From: Candidatus Tokpelaia hoelldobleri
Lineage (GTDB): Bacteria > Pseudomonadota > Alphaproteobacteria > Rhizobiales > Rhizobiaceae
Direction of reading: 5' to 3'
NCBI GenBank assembly: GCA_002005325.1
Contig: CP017315.1
Span: 419,184-483,183 of the forward strand
DNA: 64,000 bases
Both the position numbers and the translations under genes were made by a program. Positions 10,554 through 19,068 of this stretch are shown one piece after another (position 1 is the stretch's first letter; every line of letters begins with the position of its first letter). The notes beneath the pieces were generated by a model. It saw nothing but the letters and a program-made list of their open reading frames with translations. It had not been told where the DNA came from and did no database searches.

Positions 10554-10603
10554 TGTGATTTTACACACAATTCTGTGATTTTGGCGCACAGGGTTGTGAT
10601 TTG
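10554..10603 (+). repeat. Three direct TGTGATTT(T/G) repeats spaced 20 and 21 bp
   Basis: Copies lie at 10554-10562, 10574-10582 and 10595-10603. The first is part of TGTGATTTTACACACA, a CRP-like TGTGA-N6-ACACA sequence. Confidence 0.6.
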
Positions 10604-10884
10604 AAAAACTCCGGTGGAAGAGCAATATCTGAAGGGAAGGTTGACGCACTTTGAACCCGCGGGACAGGTGCTTTAATCAGGATATTTTCAAGCTGGAAAT
10701 GGCCGCTGTCCTCCCCTGAAAATAGGGTTTTCTCTATTTTCCGGTCAGTGTCCGTCTGTGCTTGAAAATAAATGAAGCCAAAAGCCGGACGATATCCTGG
10801 ATGGGGCCAGAGTAAAAAGATCCGGTTGTCCAGTTCGCTTTAGCAAGGTTTTTAAGGAAGCGGGCTGAGAAAAGGAGAAAAGTT

Positions 10885-11214
10885 ATGAAAAAGGTTCTTA
10901 TCGCTGCTTCTGTATTTGTGTTAAGCTGTGCCGGTGCTTATGCCTCCAGCGGTTATGCTTTTGGTGATGGCACTCCGGAAAATACCTATATTGCCGGTTC
11001 AGCCGTTGCGGGGGGTGCTGCAAGCCATGAAACGTCGTGCTCTTCCAGTGGTATTACAAACAGCAGCCGTACCATGGAGAACAACCATGTTGCTGGCAAA
11101 AGGGTGCCCGGCAGTATGATGAGCCGTGAAGCCCCGTATTCTGTCTGCAGCATCACAAACAGCAGCCATACGCCGGAAAACCGCTATACCGCCGGTTCTG
11201 ACCGTCAGGGCTGA
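10885..11214 (+). CDS. Small secreted (possibly lipo-) protein with internal repeats
   Basis: 109 aa behind a strong AAGGAG SD. It has signal peptide MKKVLIAASVFVLSCAGAYA and about 33-aa repeats (ITNSSRTMENNHVAG / ITNSSHTPENRYTAG, with TPENTYIAG earlier). An intrinsic terminator follows. Confidence 0.6.
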   Translation: MKKVLIAASVFVLSCAGAYASSGYAFGDGTPENTYIAGSAVAGGAASHETSCSSSGITNSSRTMENNHVAGKRVPGSMMSREAPYSVCSITNSSHTPENRYTAGSDRQG

Positions 11215-11252
11215 CAGGGATTACAACGGCTGTTCCTGATGTGAACGTTTTT

Positions 11253-11288
11253 AAAGCCCGGCACAATCACGTGCCGGGCTTTTTGTTT
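11253..11288 (+). terminator. Intrinsic terminator
   Basis: AGCCCGGCAC-aatcac-GTGCCGGGCT followed by TTTTGTTT. Confidence 0.8.
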
Positions 11289-11371
11289 CTCTTTGCCAAA
11301 ACGGGTGGAATCATGTGAGAAAGGCAGGTACTGTGTGCCGGTGTGAACCATGAAACACAATGGAGGACAAT

Positions 11372-12313
11372 ATGAAACCACCCAGAATCCTTGTTCTTGG
11401 CGCCGGCGGAATCGGCGGCTATGTTGGCGGCCGGCTGTGTGAGGCAGGCGCTGATGTGACATTTCTCGTCCGCAAGGCACGGCATGCACTGTTGCAGGCG
11501 GAAGGGTTGCAGGTCAAAAGCCCCGCCGGTGATCTTGCCCTGCCGGTCAGGACGGTTCTCGCCGCGGAGCTGAAACCGGACTATGATTTTATTCTGTTTA
11601 CCTGCAAGGCGTATGACCTTGAAGCCGCAATCACCTCTGTTGCCCCTGCGGTTGCGAAGGGGGCGGTTCTGGTGCCGTTTCTCAACGGGATGGCCCATCT
11701 TGACCGTTTGAATGCGGTGTTCGGCAGGGATAATGTCTTTGGCGGTACGATTATGATTCAGGCAACTCTGACGCCGCAGGGGATTGTCCGCCATTTTAAC
11801 GACAAGGCGATTGTGATGTTTGGTGAACAGCAGGGCGGGATGAGTGAACGCGCCGGGCGTCTGGCGCAGGCATTCGCCGGTGTTAAAGGCTGTAAGGTGG
11901 ACGCTGTGCCGGACGCGCTGCAGCGTATGTGGAACAAATGGGTGCAGCTTTCGGTGCTGGCCGGAATGACGTGCCTGATGCGCGCCAATATTGGTGAAAT
12001 CATGCGTGCCCATGGCGGCAGTGCGGCGATTGAAAACTTCCTGTCAACCAATGCGGCTGTGGCCGCCCATTATGGTTATCCTGTACCGGCGGACGCCTAT
12101 GAGGCGACACGGCGTTTTGTCATGGATGAAAAATCCGTTGCTACGGCCTCAATGCTGCGTGATCTGGAACAGGGCGGCAGAATCGAAAGCGAACAGATTT
12201 TGGGAGACCTTTTACGCCGCAGTGAAAAAGCCGGTATTGCCCATGCCGTCCTGTCGCTCGCCTATACCCATGTGAAAGCCTATGAGGAACGGATGAAGGC
12301 CGGCCGCGCCTGA
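11372..12313 (+). CDS. panE: 2-dehydropantoate 2-reductase (ApbA/PanE family)
   Basis: Rossmann motif LVLGAGGIGGYVGGRL at the N-terminus and a typical length. The ATG at 11372 is preceded by GGAGGA, while the ORF track starts 12 nt earlier. Confidence 0.75.
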   Translation: MKPPRILVLGAGGIGGYVGGRLCEAGADVTFLVRKARHALLQAEGLQVKSPAGDLALPVRTVLAAELKPDYDFILFTCKAYDLEAAITSVAPAVAKGAVLVPFLNGMAHLDRLNAVFGRDNVFGGTIMIQATLTPQGIVRHFNDKAIVMFGEQQGGMSERAGRLAQAFAGVKGCKVDAVPDALQRMWNKWVQLSVLAGMTCLMRANIGEIMRAHGGSAAIENFLSTNAAVAAHYGYPVPADAYEATRRFVMDEKSVATASMLRDLEQGGRIESEQILGDLLRRSEKAGIAHAVLSLAYTHVKAYEERMKAGRA

Positions 12314-12334
12314 ACGTGGGTGAAACAGCCTGTA

Positions 12335-12631
12335 TCAGGGCAGGGTTTCGCGTTGCCAGTCAATGATGAGTTTTTCACGGAAAGCGAAGCGTTCAAGGTG
12401 GTTGGCAAACACTGTTTCCATACGGGCAATATCTTCTTCATTCGGGGCTTCAAGCTGTACCGCCAGTTCAGCCGGATTGGCAGACATATCCAGCCGGATT
12501 GCGTCCGAAAACGGAATATGCGCTTCAGTCTCCGTATAGGAAAAGCTGAATTTATGCTGCCAGTGTTTGGAAAGCTGCACCAGATATTTGCCGGCATGCA
12601 AGGTCTTGATAACGCTGCGGGTGCGGATCAT
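12335..12631 (-). CDS. DUF2218 domain protein
   Basis: 98 aa with the pattern YLVQLSKHWQHKF...HLERFAFRE..IDWQR, as in DUF2218 family members. Confidence 0.65.
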   Translation of the reverse strand: MIRTRSVIKTLHAGKYLVQLSKHWQHKFSFSYTETEAHIPFSDAIRLDMSANPAELAVQLEAPNEEDIARMETVFANHLERFAFREKLIIDWQRETLP

Positions 12632-12707
12632 GGCTGTATATCCTTTTAAGACAAAGAAATTTATTTATAAACATTGTGACAATTTAGCATAATTTCTGTG
12701 TTGAAAA

Positions 12708-12744
12708 GCAAAAAAATGGCCGGCGGTTTATTTTTCCGCCGGCC
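12708..12744 (-). terminator. Intrinsic terminator of the cytochrome b561-YceI gene
   Basis: On the minus strand, GGCCGGCGG-aaaaataaa-CCGCCGGCC is followed by TTTTTTTGCTTTTC. Confidence 0.8.
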
Positions 12745-12757
12745 ACGCAATCGTATT

Positions 12758-14050
12758 TTATTTCCTGTCTGCTTCCAGGACAAGATCGACCCGCACAGTT
12801 TTGCCAAGCCATGTGCCGCTGGCATCATTCTGGCGGCCGAGATCAAAGGCCAGCCGGTCAATATCGGCGCTGCCTTGGATGATGGCGTGCCCGTTGTTTT
12901 CCTGATAGGTGAAGTTCAGAGTCAACGGTCTTGTTTTGCCGCGGATGGTGATGGTGCCGGTTGCCTGCCAGCCATTCTGGTCTTTACTGAAATGGTCAAG
13001 AACAGCGCGGACTTGCGGATATTCAGCAGTATCAAAACCGTCCGTACCCGGCAGACTGTCTGCGACATAAGGATGGCCATAGTTGATGGAATTTGCGTCA
13101 ATCGCAATGTCCGCCCGGGCTTTTTGAGGAGCGGCGGGGTTAAAATGGATAATCGCATCCCAGTTGCCGATTGTGCCGCTTACCGGTTCGCCGGAAAAAG
13201 CCACTTCATAGCTCAGTGTGGATTTCTGCTTGTCAACCACCCAGTCGGACTGGGTGGTGCCGGTGACGGGCGCCTGCTGTGCGTCTGTTGCCGCTGCCGG
13301 TGTTGAAGATTGGTTGTAATGGCTGAAAAGCAGGGCGCCTGCCCCCAGAAGCAGCGCAAACAGGCTGGAAATGATGACACTGCCTCTGGCGGTTTTTTTG
13401 TGATGCAGTTTGCCGATAAGCGACATCCGCGATAATTCCGGCACGCGGTCGAAAATGCTGTGTTTCAATGCGCCGCCAATATGCAGGAACAGCAGGAGGA
13501 CAAAACTGTAGGCCAGCAGCGCGTGAGCGTTGGCAGCAGCCTGTTCTGTATTGCTGTCAATAGCAAGCGGCAAATTCGGCCAGACGAGATCGGGGAGGAG
13601 GAAAAGCCGGGTGGGGAACTGGGTCGGCGAGGTTGAAACGATAATCCAGCCGATAACCGGCACGGTAATCATCAGGACATAAAAGAAAAAGACCACAATG
13701 TCCGAGGTGATCTTTTCAAACGCCGACATCGGCGCTTTTTCCGGCGGTTTGTTCATCAAACGCCAGATAATGCGGGCGATGCTGAGGAACAGCACCAGAA
13801 TGCCGATTGTTTTATGCCACTGGAAAATGAAAAACTGGTTTTGTTGCGCAAATTGTATTGTGCGTACGACAGCAGAAGTAAGGAAGGACGAAGATGATTC
13901 TTGCGTTGTTGCGGCGAGGGGAGCAGCCCGCACCATAAGAAAGCCCATGACAAGCTGGGCGATGATGCCGAGTGCAATCAGCCAGTGCAGCACGATTGCC
14001 CCGCGGCTATAGGCGACAAGCTGAATTTTATGGCGACGGGATTTTGCCAT
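12758..14050 (-). CDS. Fusion protein: N-terminal cytochrome b561 (CybB/YceJ-like) membrane domain plus C-terminal YceI-like periplasmic domain
   Basis: About 430 aa. The N-terminal half has 4 TM helices with conserved His (AIVLHWLIALG, FQWHKTIG, HALLAYS, FLHIGGALKH). The C-terminal half resembles the neighbouring YceI protein (W.VD...S.L...V, GTITIRGKTRPLTL). The start at 14050 follows GAGGG. Confidence 0.75.
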   Translation of the reverse strand: MAKSRRHKIQLVAYSRGAIVLHWLIALGIIAQLVMGFLMVRAAPLAATTQESSSSFLTSAVVRTIQFAQQNQFFIFQWHKTIGILVLFLSIARIIWRLMNKPPEKAPMSAFEKITSDIVVFFFYVLMITVPVIGWIIVSTSPTQFPTRLFLLPDLVWPNLPLAIDSNTEQAAANAHALLAYSFVLLLFLHIGGALKHSIFDRVPELSRMSLIGKLHHKKTARGSVIISSLFALLLGAGALLFSHYNQSSTPAAATDAQQAPVTGTTQSDWVVDKQKSTLSYEVAFSGEPVSGTIGNWDAIIHFNPAAPQKARADIAIDANSINYGHPYVADSLPGTDGFDTAEYPQVRAVLDHFSKDQNGWQATGTITIRGKTRPLTLNFTYQENNGHAIIQGSADIDRLAFDLGRQNDASGTWLGKTVRVDLVLEADRK

Positions 14051-14137
14051 GATAAATACCCTCATAATTGAGAAGCAAATAAAGATCCGGTTATTAAGAT
14101 AAAAAACCGGATCTTTATTTCAATTGGTTTCTAAAAA

Positions 14138-14749
14138 TTATTCAGGTGTAAATTCGGTTTCGATGACGAGATCGACCTCATCACTGACCGGGCCGTTGGC
14201 AAGAAAATCAACGCCGAAGTCGCTGCGCCTGATCTGGCCGGTGGCGGAAAAGCCGATAGCCGGTTTCTGGCTCATGGGGTGCTTTTCATAGGCTTTGTTA
14301 AAGGTGACGCTGAGGGTTACCGGCTTGGTGACACCGTGGAATGTCAGATCACCGGTGACTTCGCCGGTCTTGTCGCCGGTCACTTTAATGGCGGTGGAGT
14401 TGAAGGTGATGGTCTTGAATTTCGCCGCATTAAAGAATTTCTCGCCGGCAATTTCCGCACTGAATTTGTTGGGGGTGCCGGGGAAATTGGTGTCAACCGA
14501 TTTCGGGTTGATGGTGACGCTGAGTCTGGCGGTTTCCGGCTTTGACGGATCGGCAAGGTCAAGCTTGATTTTGGTGTCGTCAAAACGGCCGTAATAGGTG
14601 GAAAGGCCGAAGTGATTGACAGACCACAGTACGTTGGTGTGGGTGGCGTCATTGACATATTTGCCGGCCGGCGCCCCGATTGTCTGGGCGCTTGCGGCGC
14701 TGATACCAAAGACAAGAGCGGTTGCAGTCAGTACAGATCTTAAAAACAT
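14138..14749 (-). CDS. YceI family periplasmic polyisoprenoid-binding protein
   Basis: About 203 aa from the ATG at 14749 (GAGGAA SD). It has a signal peptide ending SAASAQT and YceI motifs (HTNVLWSVNHFG, GDLTFHGVTKPVTL). Confidence 0.85.
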   Translation of the reverse strand: MFLRSVLTATALVFGISAASAQTIGAPAGKYVNDATHTNVLWSVNHFGLSTYYGRFDDTKIKLDLADPSKPETARLSVTINPKSVDTNFPGTPNKFSAEIAGEKFFNAAKFKTITFNSTAIKVTGDKTGEVTGDLTFHGVTKPVTLSVTFNKAYEKHPMSQKPAIGFSATGQIRRSDFGVDFLANGPVSDEVDLVIETEFTPE

Positions 14750-14831
14750 ATATTCCTCACAAGAATTGAAAACCGGGTTCCCTGCGCAGCCATGGCTGCA
14801 CCAAACGAAGACGGCAAACCTTTTCATCTGT

Positions 14832-14845
14832 GCAAACCGGTTTGC
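14832..14845. promoter_or_regulatory. Perfect 14-bp palindrome GCAAACCGGTTTGC in the divergent yceI / DUF475 promoter region
   Basis: Read directly from the sequence. It lies about 85 bp upstream of the yceI ATG. Confidence 0.35.
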
Positions 14846-15012
14846 CCGCCTGATTTGAATCAAGATAGCGAATATCGCGACAAATGGAAGCCTTAAAAAC
14901 GCAACGCACTGTTTCAGTGCTATTGACAGTTTGCCCGCTTGGTTTGATAGTCGCTATACGACAGGAACAGGATCTGTTCATTTCATCAAAATGATATAGG
15001 GCGAAAAAGAGA

Positions 15013-16059
15013 ATGAGTATGATACGTTATTTCCACTGGGCTTTTGTTTTTACGGCCGTTGGTCTGCTGCTGGGGGGCTGGCTCGGCTGGGTTTATGAAG
15101 GTACATGGAGCGGCGTGGTCAGCTTTTTCTTTATCTGCTGTGTCCTGGCCGTGCTGGAAATTTCGCTTTCTTTTGACAATTCCATCGTCAATGCCCGTAT
15201 TTTGCAGGATATGACGCCGAAATGGCAACACCGGTTTTTAACGTGGGGGATTATCATTGCCGTGTTTGGTATGCGTATTGTGTTTCCGCTGGCCGTTGTT
15301 GCTTTTGCTGCGGGGATTCCGCCGCATTCGGCGCTTGTGATGGCGGCACGTGATCCGCAGGGTTATGCGCAGATTATAAGCGATGCGCATATCGGCATTG
15401 CCGCTTTTGGCGGCACATTTTTGATGATGGTGGGGCTGAAATATTTTTTTGATGCTGAAAAGGATGTGCACTGGATTCGCGTTCTGGAAGCGCGGGCGCA
15501 AAGATTTGCCTCTGTGCAGGGGGTTGAAATCGGCATAACGCTGGTGTGCATTCTGGTGTTTGCAGGCCTTGCCGGGGAAGAAAATGCCCTCACCTTCATG
15601 ACGGCGGCGCTTTATGGCCTGCTGGCTTTTCTTGCCGTGGAGGGCATTGGCGCTTTGCTTGACGCGACACAGGCGCAGATGGATACAGTGCGCCGCGGGG
15701 GCGCGGGGGCGTTTCTCTATCTGGAAGTGCTGGATGCCAGCTTTTCTTTTGACGGGGTGGTTGGCGCTTTCGCCTTGTCAAAAAATCTGTTTGTCATCGC
15801 GATCGGCCTTGGTATCGGCGCGTTCTATGTCCGCTCCATGACCATTATGCTGGTGGAGAAAAAAACCTTGAGCCAGTATCGCTACCTTGAACATGGCGCT
15901 TTCTATGCGGTGCTGATGCTGGCCTTTATCATGTATGTGCAGACCATTGTGCCTGATATTCCCGAAGTCGTGACAGGGGGCATCGGCGTGTGTTTCATCA
16001 TCGCCGCCCTTTATTCATCGATTCGCTACAATCGCCGCCAGCAGTCCTCTTCAGGCTGA
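15013..16059 (+). CDS. DUF475 (TerC-related) integral membrane protein
   Basis: 348 aa, polytopic, with EISLSFDNSIVNA and a second LDASFSFDGVVGAF repeat typical of DUF475. Confidence 0.75.
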   Translation: MSMIRYFHWAFVFTAVGLLLGGWLGWVYEGTWSGVVSFFFICCVLAVLEISLSFDNSIVNARILQDMTPKWQHRFLTWGIIIAVFGMRIVFPLAVVAFAAGIPPHSALVMAARDPQGYAQIISDAHIGIAAFGGTFLMMVGLKYFFDAEKDVHWIRVLEARAQRFASVQGVEIGITLVCILVFAGLAGEENALTFMTAALYGLLAFLAVEGIGALLDATQAQMDTVRRGGAGAFLYLEVLDASFSFDGVVGAFALSKNLFVIAIGLGIGAFYVRSMTIMLVEKKTLSQYRYLEHGAFYAVLMLAFIMYVQTIVPDIPEVVTGGIGVCFIIAALYSSIRYNRRQQSSSG

Positions 16060-16659
16060 AAGCGTAAGATCCACGCCGTTTGCGCGCATGTCGCGCAAGG
16101 CACGGCCAAGCGAACCGTCAACATCAATCGGCTGGCAGGCTGTCAGGATAACCTGTGCCTGAAAGCCGCATTTTACCGCGTCAATGGCTGAAAAAGCCAC
16201 ACAGAAATCGGTGGCAAGGCCGCAGAAGACCAGTTTCTGCAGCCCGCGTTCGTGCAGATAGGCGGCAAGGCCGGTGGTGGTTTTGCGGTCATTTTCAAAA
16301 AAAGCGGAATAACTGTCCATCTGCGGATTGCAGCCCTTGCGCAGGATAAGCCCGGCATGCCCTGTCGCCAGCATCGGGTGAAAATCCGCGCCTTGTGTCC
16401 CTGTGACGCAATGTTGCGGCCATAAAATCTGGTCACCGCAGGTGAGGGAGATTGTTTCATAAGGATGTCTGCCCGGGTGATTATCAGCAAAGCTGATATG
16501 ATCAGCCGGGTGCCAGTCCTGTGTCAGGATGACATGGTGATGGCGTTCAATCAGCTGATTGACCGGCAGCAATATCTGCTCTGCATCCGGTACAGCGAGG
16601 AGCCCGCTGGAGCAGAAATCATTCTGGACATCAACGACAATCAGCGCCTCTTTTATCAT
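16051..16659 (-). CDS. pncA: Nicotinamidase/pyrazinamidase
   Basis: Has VVDVQNDFC, a QDWHPxDH metal site and the catalytic Cys in LATDFCV. The ATG at 16659 follows AGGAGCGAG. Confidence 0.85.
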   Translation of the reverse strand: MIKEALIVVDVQNDFCSSGLLAVPDAEQILLPVNQLIERHHHVILTQDWHPADHISFADNHPGRHPYETISLTCGDQILWPQHCVTGTQGADFHPMLATGHAGLILRKGCNPQMDSYSAFFENDRKTTTGLAAYLHERGLQKLVFCGLATDFCVAFSAIDAVKCGFQAQVILTACQPIDVDGSLGRALRDMRANGVDLTLSA

Positions 16660-16745
16660 TGATGAATCTCGCTCCTGTTGCATATCGCGTTATATCGTTT
16701 TATGACGGAGGGAAGCAATATAAAACAAGACGTGGAAAGAATGAT

Positions 16746-18056
16746 ATGAATATTGCCATGATCGGGACAGGTTATGTCGGCCTTGTTTCTGCGGCCTGCC
16801 TGGCGGAGTTCGGGTTTTCTGTCACCTGTGTGGACAAAAACCCGTCCATCATAACACGGTTGAAAGCCGGTGAGGTGACGATCTTCGAGCCCGGCCTTGA
16901 CGATATTGTCGCCCGGAATCACCGTGAAGGGCGTTTGCTGTTTTCGGATGATCTTGCTAGCGGCGTGCGTCAGGCTGATGTTGTGTTTCTGGCGGTCGGC
17001 ACACCGTCACGCCGTGGTGATGGCGAAGCTGATCTGCAATATATTGAGGCGGCCGCTGACGAGGTTGCCGACGTTATGAAAGAGGGGGTGGTGATTGTCA
17101 TCAAATCAACGGTGATGGTTGGCACAAACGCCCGTATTCGCGCGCGGATACGCGCCCGCCGCCCGGGTGTGGATTTTTCCATTGTCTCCAATCCGGAGTT
17201 TCTGCGTGAAGGTTCGGCCATTGAAGATTTCATGCGCCCTGACCGGGTGGTTGTCGGCGTTGAGGATGAGCGTGGGCGCGACACCATGCGGCGGGTTTAC
17301 CGTCCGCTTTCCCTGCGCCGGACACCATTGTTCATCACGTCGCTTGAAAATGCCGAGTTGATCAAATACGCCGCCAATGCCTTTCTCGCCATGAAGGTGA
17401 GCTTTATCAATCAGGTGGCGGATTTGTGTGAGAAAGTTGGCGGTGATGTGCAGGATGTGGCGCAGGCCATGGGCATGGACCGGCGGATCGGTTCGTTGTT
17501 TCTGCATGCCGGGCCCGGATTTGGCGGTTCGTGTTTTCCCAAGGATACCCGTGCTTTTGCCGCCAGCGGCCGGCGCTATGGCGCACCGCAGGCGCTGATT
17601 GAAAACGTTATCACCGGCAATGAACAGCGCAAGCAGGCAATGGCGGAACGGGTGATTGCCGCGGCACGTGAGGCGAAGTCGCAAACCGTTGCGGTTTTCG
17701 GGGTGACATTCAAGCCGAATACTGATGATGTGCGCGAATCACCGGCGCTGGATATTATCGCTGCCTTGTCCGCTGCCGGTTTTGCCGTGCGCGCCCATGA
17801 CCCTGAGGGGATGGAGGCAGCCGGTGCGCTGCTCCCCGGTGTGCACTGGTGCAGCTCGCCTTATGAGGCGGCGGAAGGGGCGGGTGTCAGTGTTATCCTG
17901 ACCGAGTGGAACGCTTATCGCGCCCTGGATTTGAAAAAACTCAAGCGCCTGATGAACGGCAATATTTTGATGGATCTGCGCAATATCTACAAGCCGGAAG
18001 ATCTGGCGGGCAGCGGGCTGGATTACCGCTCAATTGGCCGGCCTTTGGTAAAATAG
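16746..18056 (+). CDS. ugd: UDP-glucose 6-dehydrogenase
   Basis: MNIAMIGTGYVGLV Rossmann motif, catalytic GGSCFPKD, and about 436 aa from the ATG at 16746. Confidence 0.9.
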   Translation: MNIAMIGTGYVGLVSAACLAEFGFSVTCVDKNPSIITRLKAGEVTIFEPGLDDIVARNHREGRLLFSDDLASGVRQADVVFLAVGTPSRRGDGEADLQYIEAAADEVADVMKEGVVIVIKSTVMVGTNARIRARIRARRPGVDFSIVSNPEFLREGSAIEDFMRPDRVVVGVEDERGRDTMRRVYRPLSLRRTPLFITSLENAELIKYAANAFLAMKVSFINQVADLCEKVGGDVQDVAQAMGMDRRIGSLFLHAGPGFGGSCFPKDTRAFAASGRRYGAPQALIENVITGNEQRKQAMAERVIAAAREAKSQTVAVFGVTFKPNTDDVRESPALDIIAALSAAGFAVRAHDPEGMEAAGALLPGVHWCSSPYEAAEGAGVSVILTEWNAYRALDLKKLKRLMNGNILMDLRNIYKPEDLAGSGLDYRSIGRPLVK

Positions 18057-18058
18057 GG

Positions 18059-18084
18059 AAAAGCCCGAATAATTTCGGGCTTTT
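18059..18084. terminator. Bidirectional terminator between ugd and the SDR gene
   Basis: AAAAGCCCGAA-taat-TTCGGGCTTTT. Confidence 0.8.
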
Positions 18085-18095
18085 CTGTTTGTGCT

Positions 18096-18872
18096 TTAGC
18101 GACAGACAAGACCGCCAGTGGTCAAAATAGCCTGACCGGTAATGTAGTCCGAATCCTCACTGGCGAGGAAAGCAACAAGATTGGCGATATCCTCAGGTTC
18201 CTGTATGCGGCCGAGCGGGATTTTCCTGGAGTATTCCACCAGTGTGTCGCCGATCGGCGCGCCGGTAATGGCAGCCAGGCGCTTGTCAATCTCCGTCCAC
18301 ATATCTGTGCTGACAATGCCGGGGCAATAGGCATTGACGGTAATACCGGCATGGCCATATTCTTTTGCCGCGGCCTGCGTCAATCCCCGGACAGCGAATT
18401 TGGTGGCTGAATAAACGCCGAGCATGGCACTGCCTTCATATCCGGCAATCGAAGAGGCGCTGATAATTTTACCTTTTTGCTTGCGGGCGATAAATTTTTT
18501 GGCCGCCGCCTGAATGCCCCACAAAACCCCGGCGATATTGATTTGCACAATACGGTTGAATTCTTCCGGTGTCACATCGGAAAGCGGATTGACCTGCGCA
18601 ATACCGGCATTGTTGATCATGACATCAAAACCGCCAAGTGCTTTTTCCGTGTGGTCAATAGCGGCATAAACTTCATCCTGTCTGGAAGTATCCGCGACAT
18701 GGATGGCTGCTTTGCGCCCCAGTGCTTCAATCTCCCGGGCGACGGTTTCCACCTTGCCTTTCTTGATGTCGACCAGACCGGTATTGAAGCCGTCTTTCGC
18801 CAGGCGCAGCGCGATGGCGCGGCCGATTCCCTGCCCTGAACCCGTAACCAGTGCAACTTTTGCGTTTGTCAT
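18096..18872 (-). CDS. budC: Acetoin reductase / meso-2,3-butanediol dehydrogenase (classical SDR)
   Basis: 258 aa with TGSGQGIG, NNAG and the YSATK catalytic motif. The overall pattern matches BudC-type diacetyl/acetoin reductases. Confidence 0.75.
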   Translation of the reverse strand: MTNAKVALVTGSGQGIGRAIALRLAKDGFNTGLVDIKKGKVETVAREIEALGRKAAIHVADTSRQDEVYAAIDHTEKALGGFDVMINNAGIAQVNPLSDVTPEEFNRIVQINIAGVLWGIQAAAKKFIARKQKGKIISASSIAGYEGSAMLGVYSATKFAVRGLTQAAAKEYGHAGITVNAYCPGIVSTDMWTEIDKRLAAITGAPIGDTLVEYSRKIPLGRIQEPEDIANLVAFLASEDSDYITGQAILTTGGLVCR

Positions 18873-19068
18873 GATGCTCTCCCTTTTTATCCTGCATGAT
18901 AGGACAGGCGCCAGCCCCTGCCTGTTGTATATGTAAGAACGGCGGCTGGGAAAAATAACAGGACAGGGAACCGCTGACAGTCACATTTTCTTGATTTATC
19001 CTGATTGCGCTATATGGTATTGCAAGGGCTTCCGTTACCGTCATACCGTGAAAAGGCCAGACCAGTCT

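Noticed and set aside
11267-12013. 248-aa minus-strand ORF opposite panE
   Set aside because: It is antisense to a gene with a clear Rossmann motif, and it has an Arg/His-rich spurious composition.
14864-15012. yybP-ykoY (Mn) riboswitch upstream of the TerC-related DUF475 gene
   Set aside because: The predicted 5' UTR is only about 55 nt, and none of the conserved riboswitch sequence blocks are visible.
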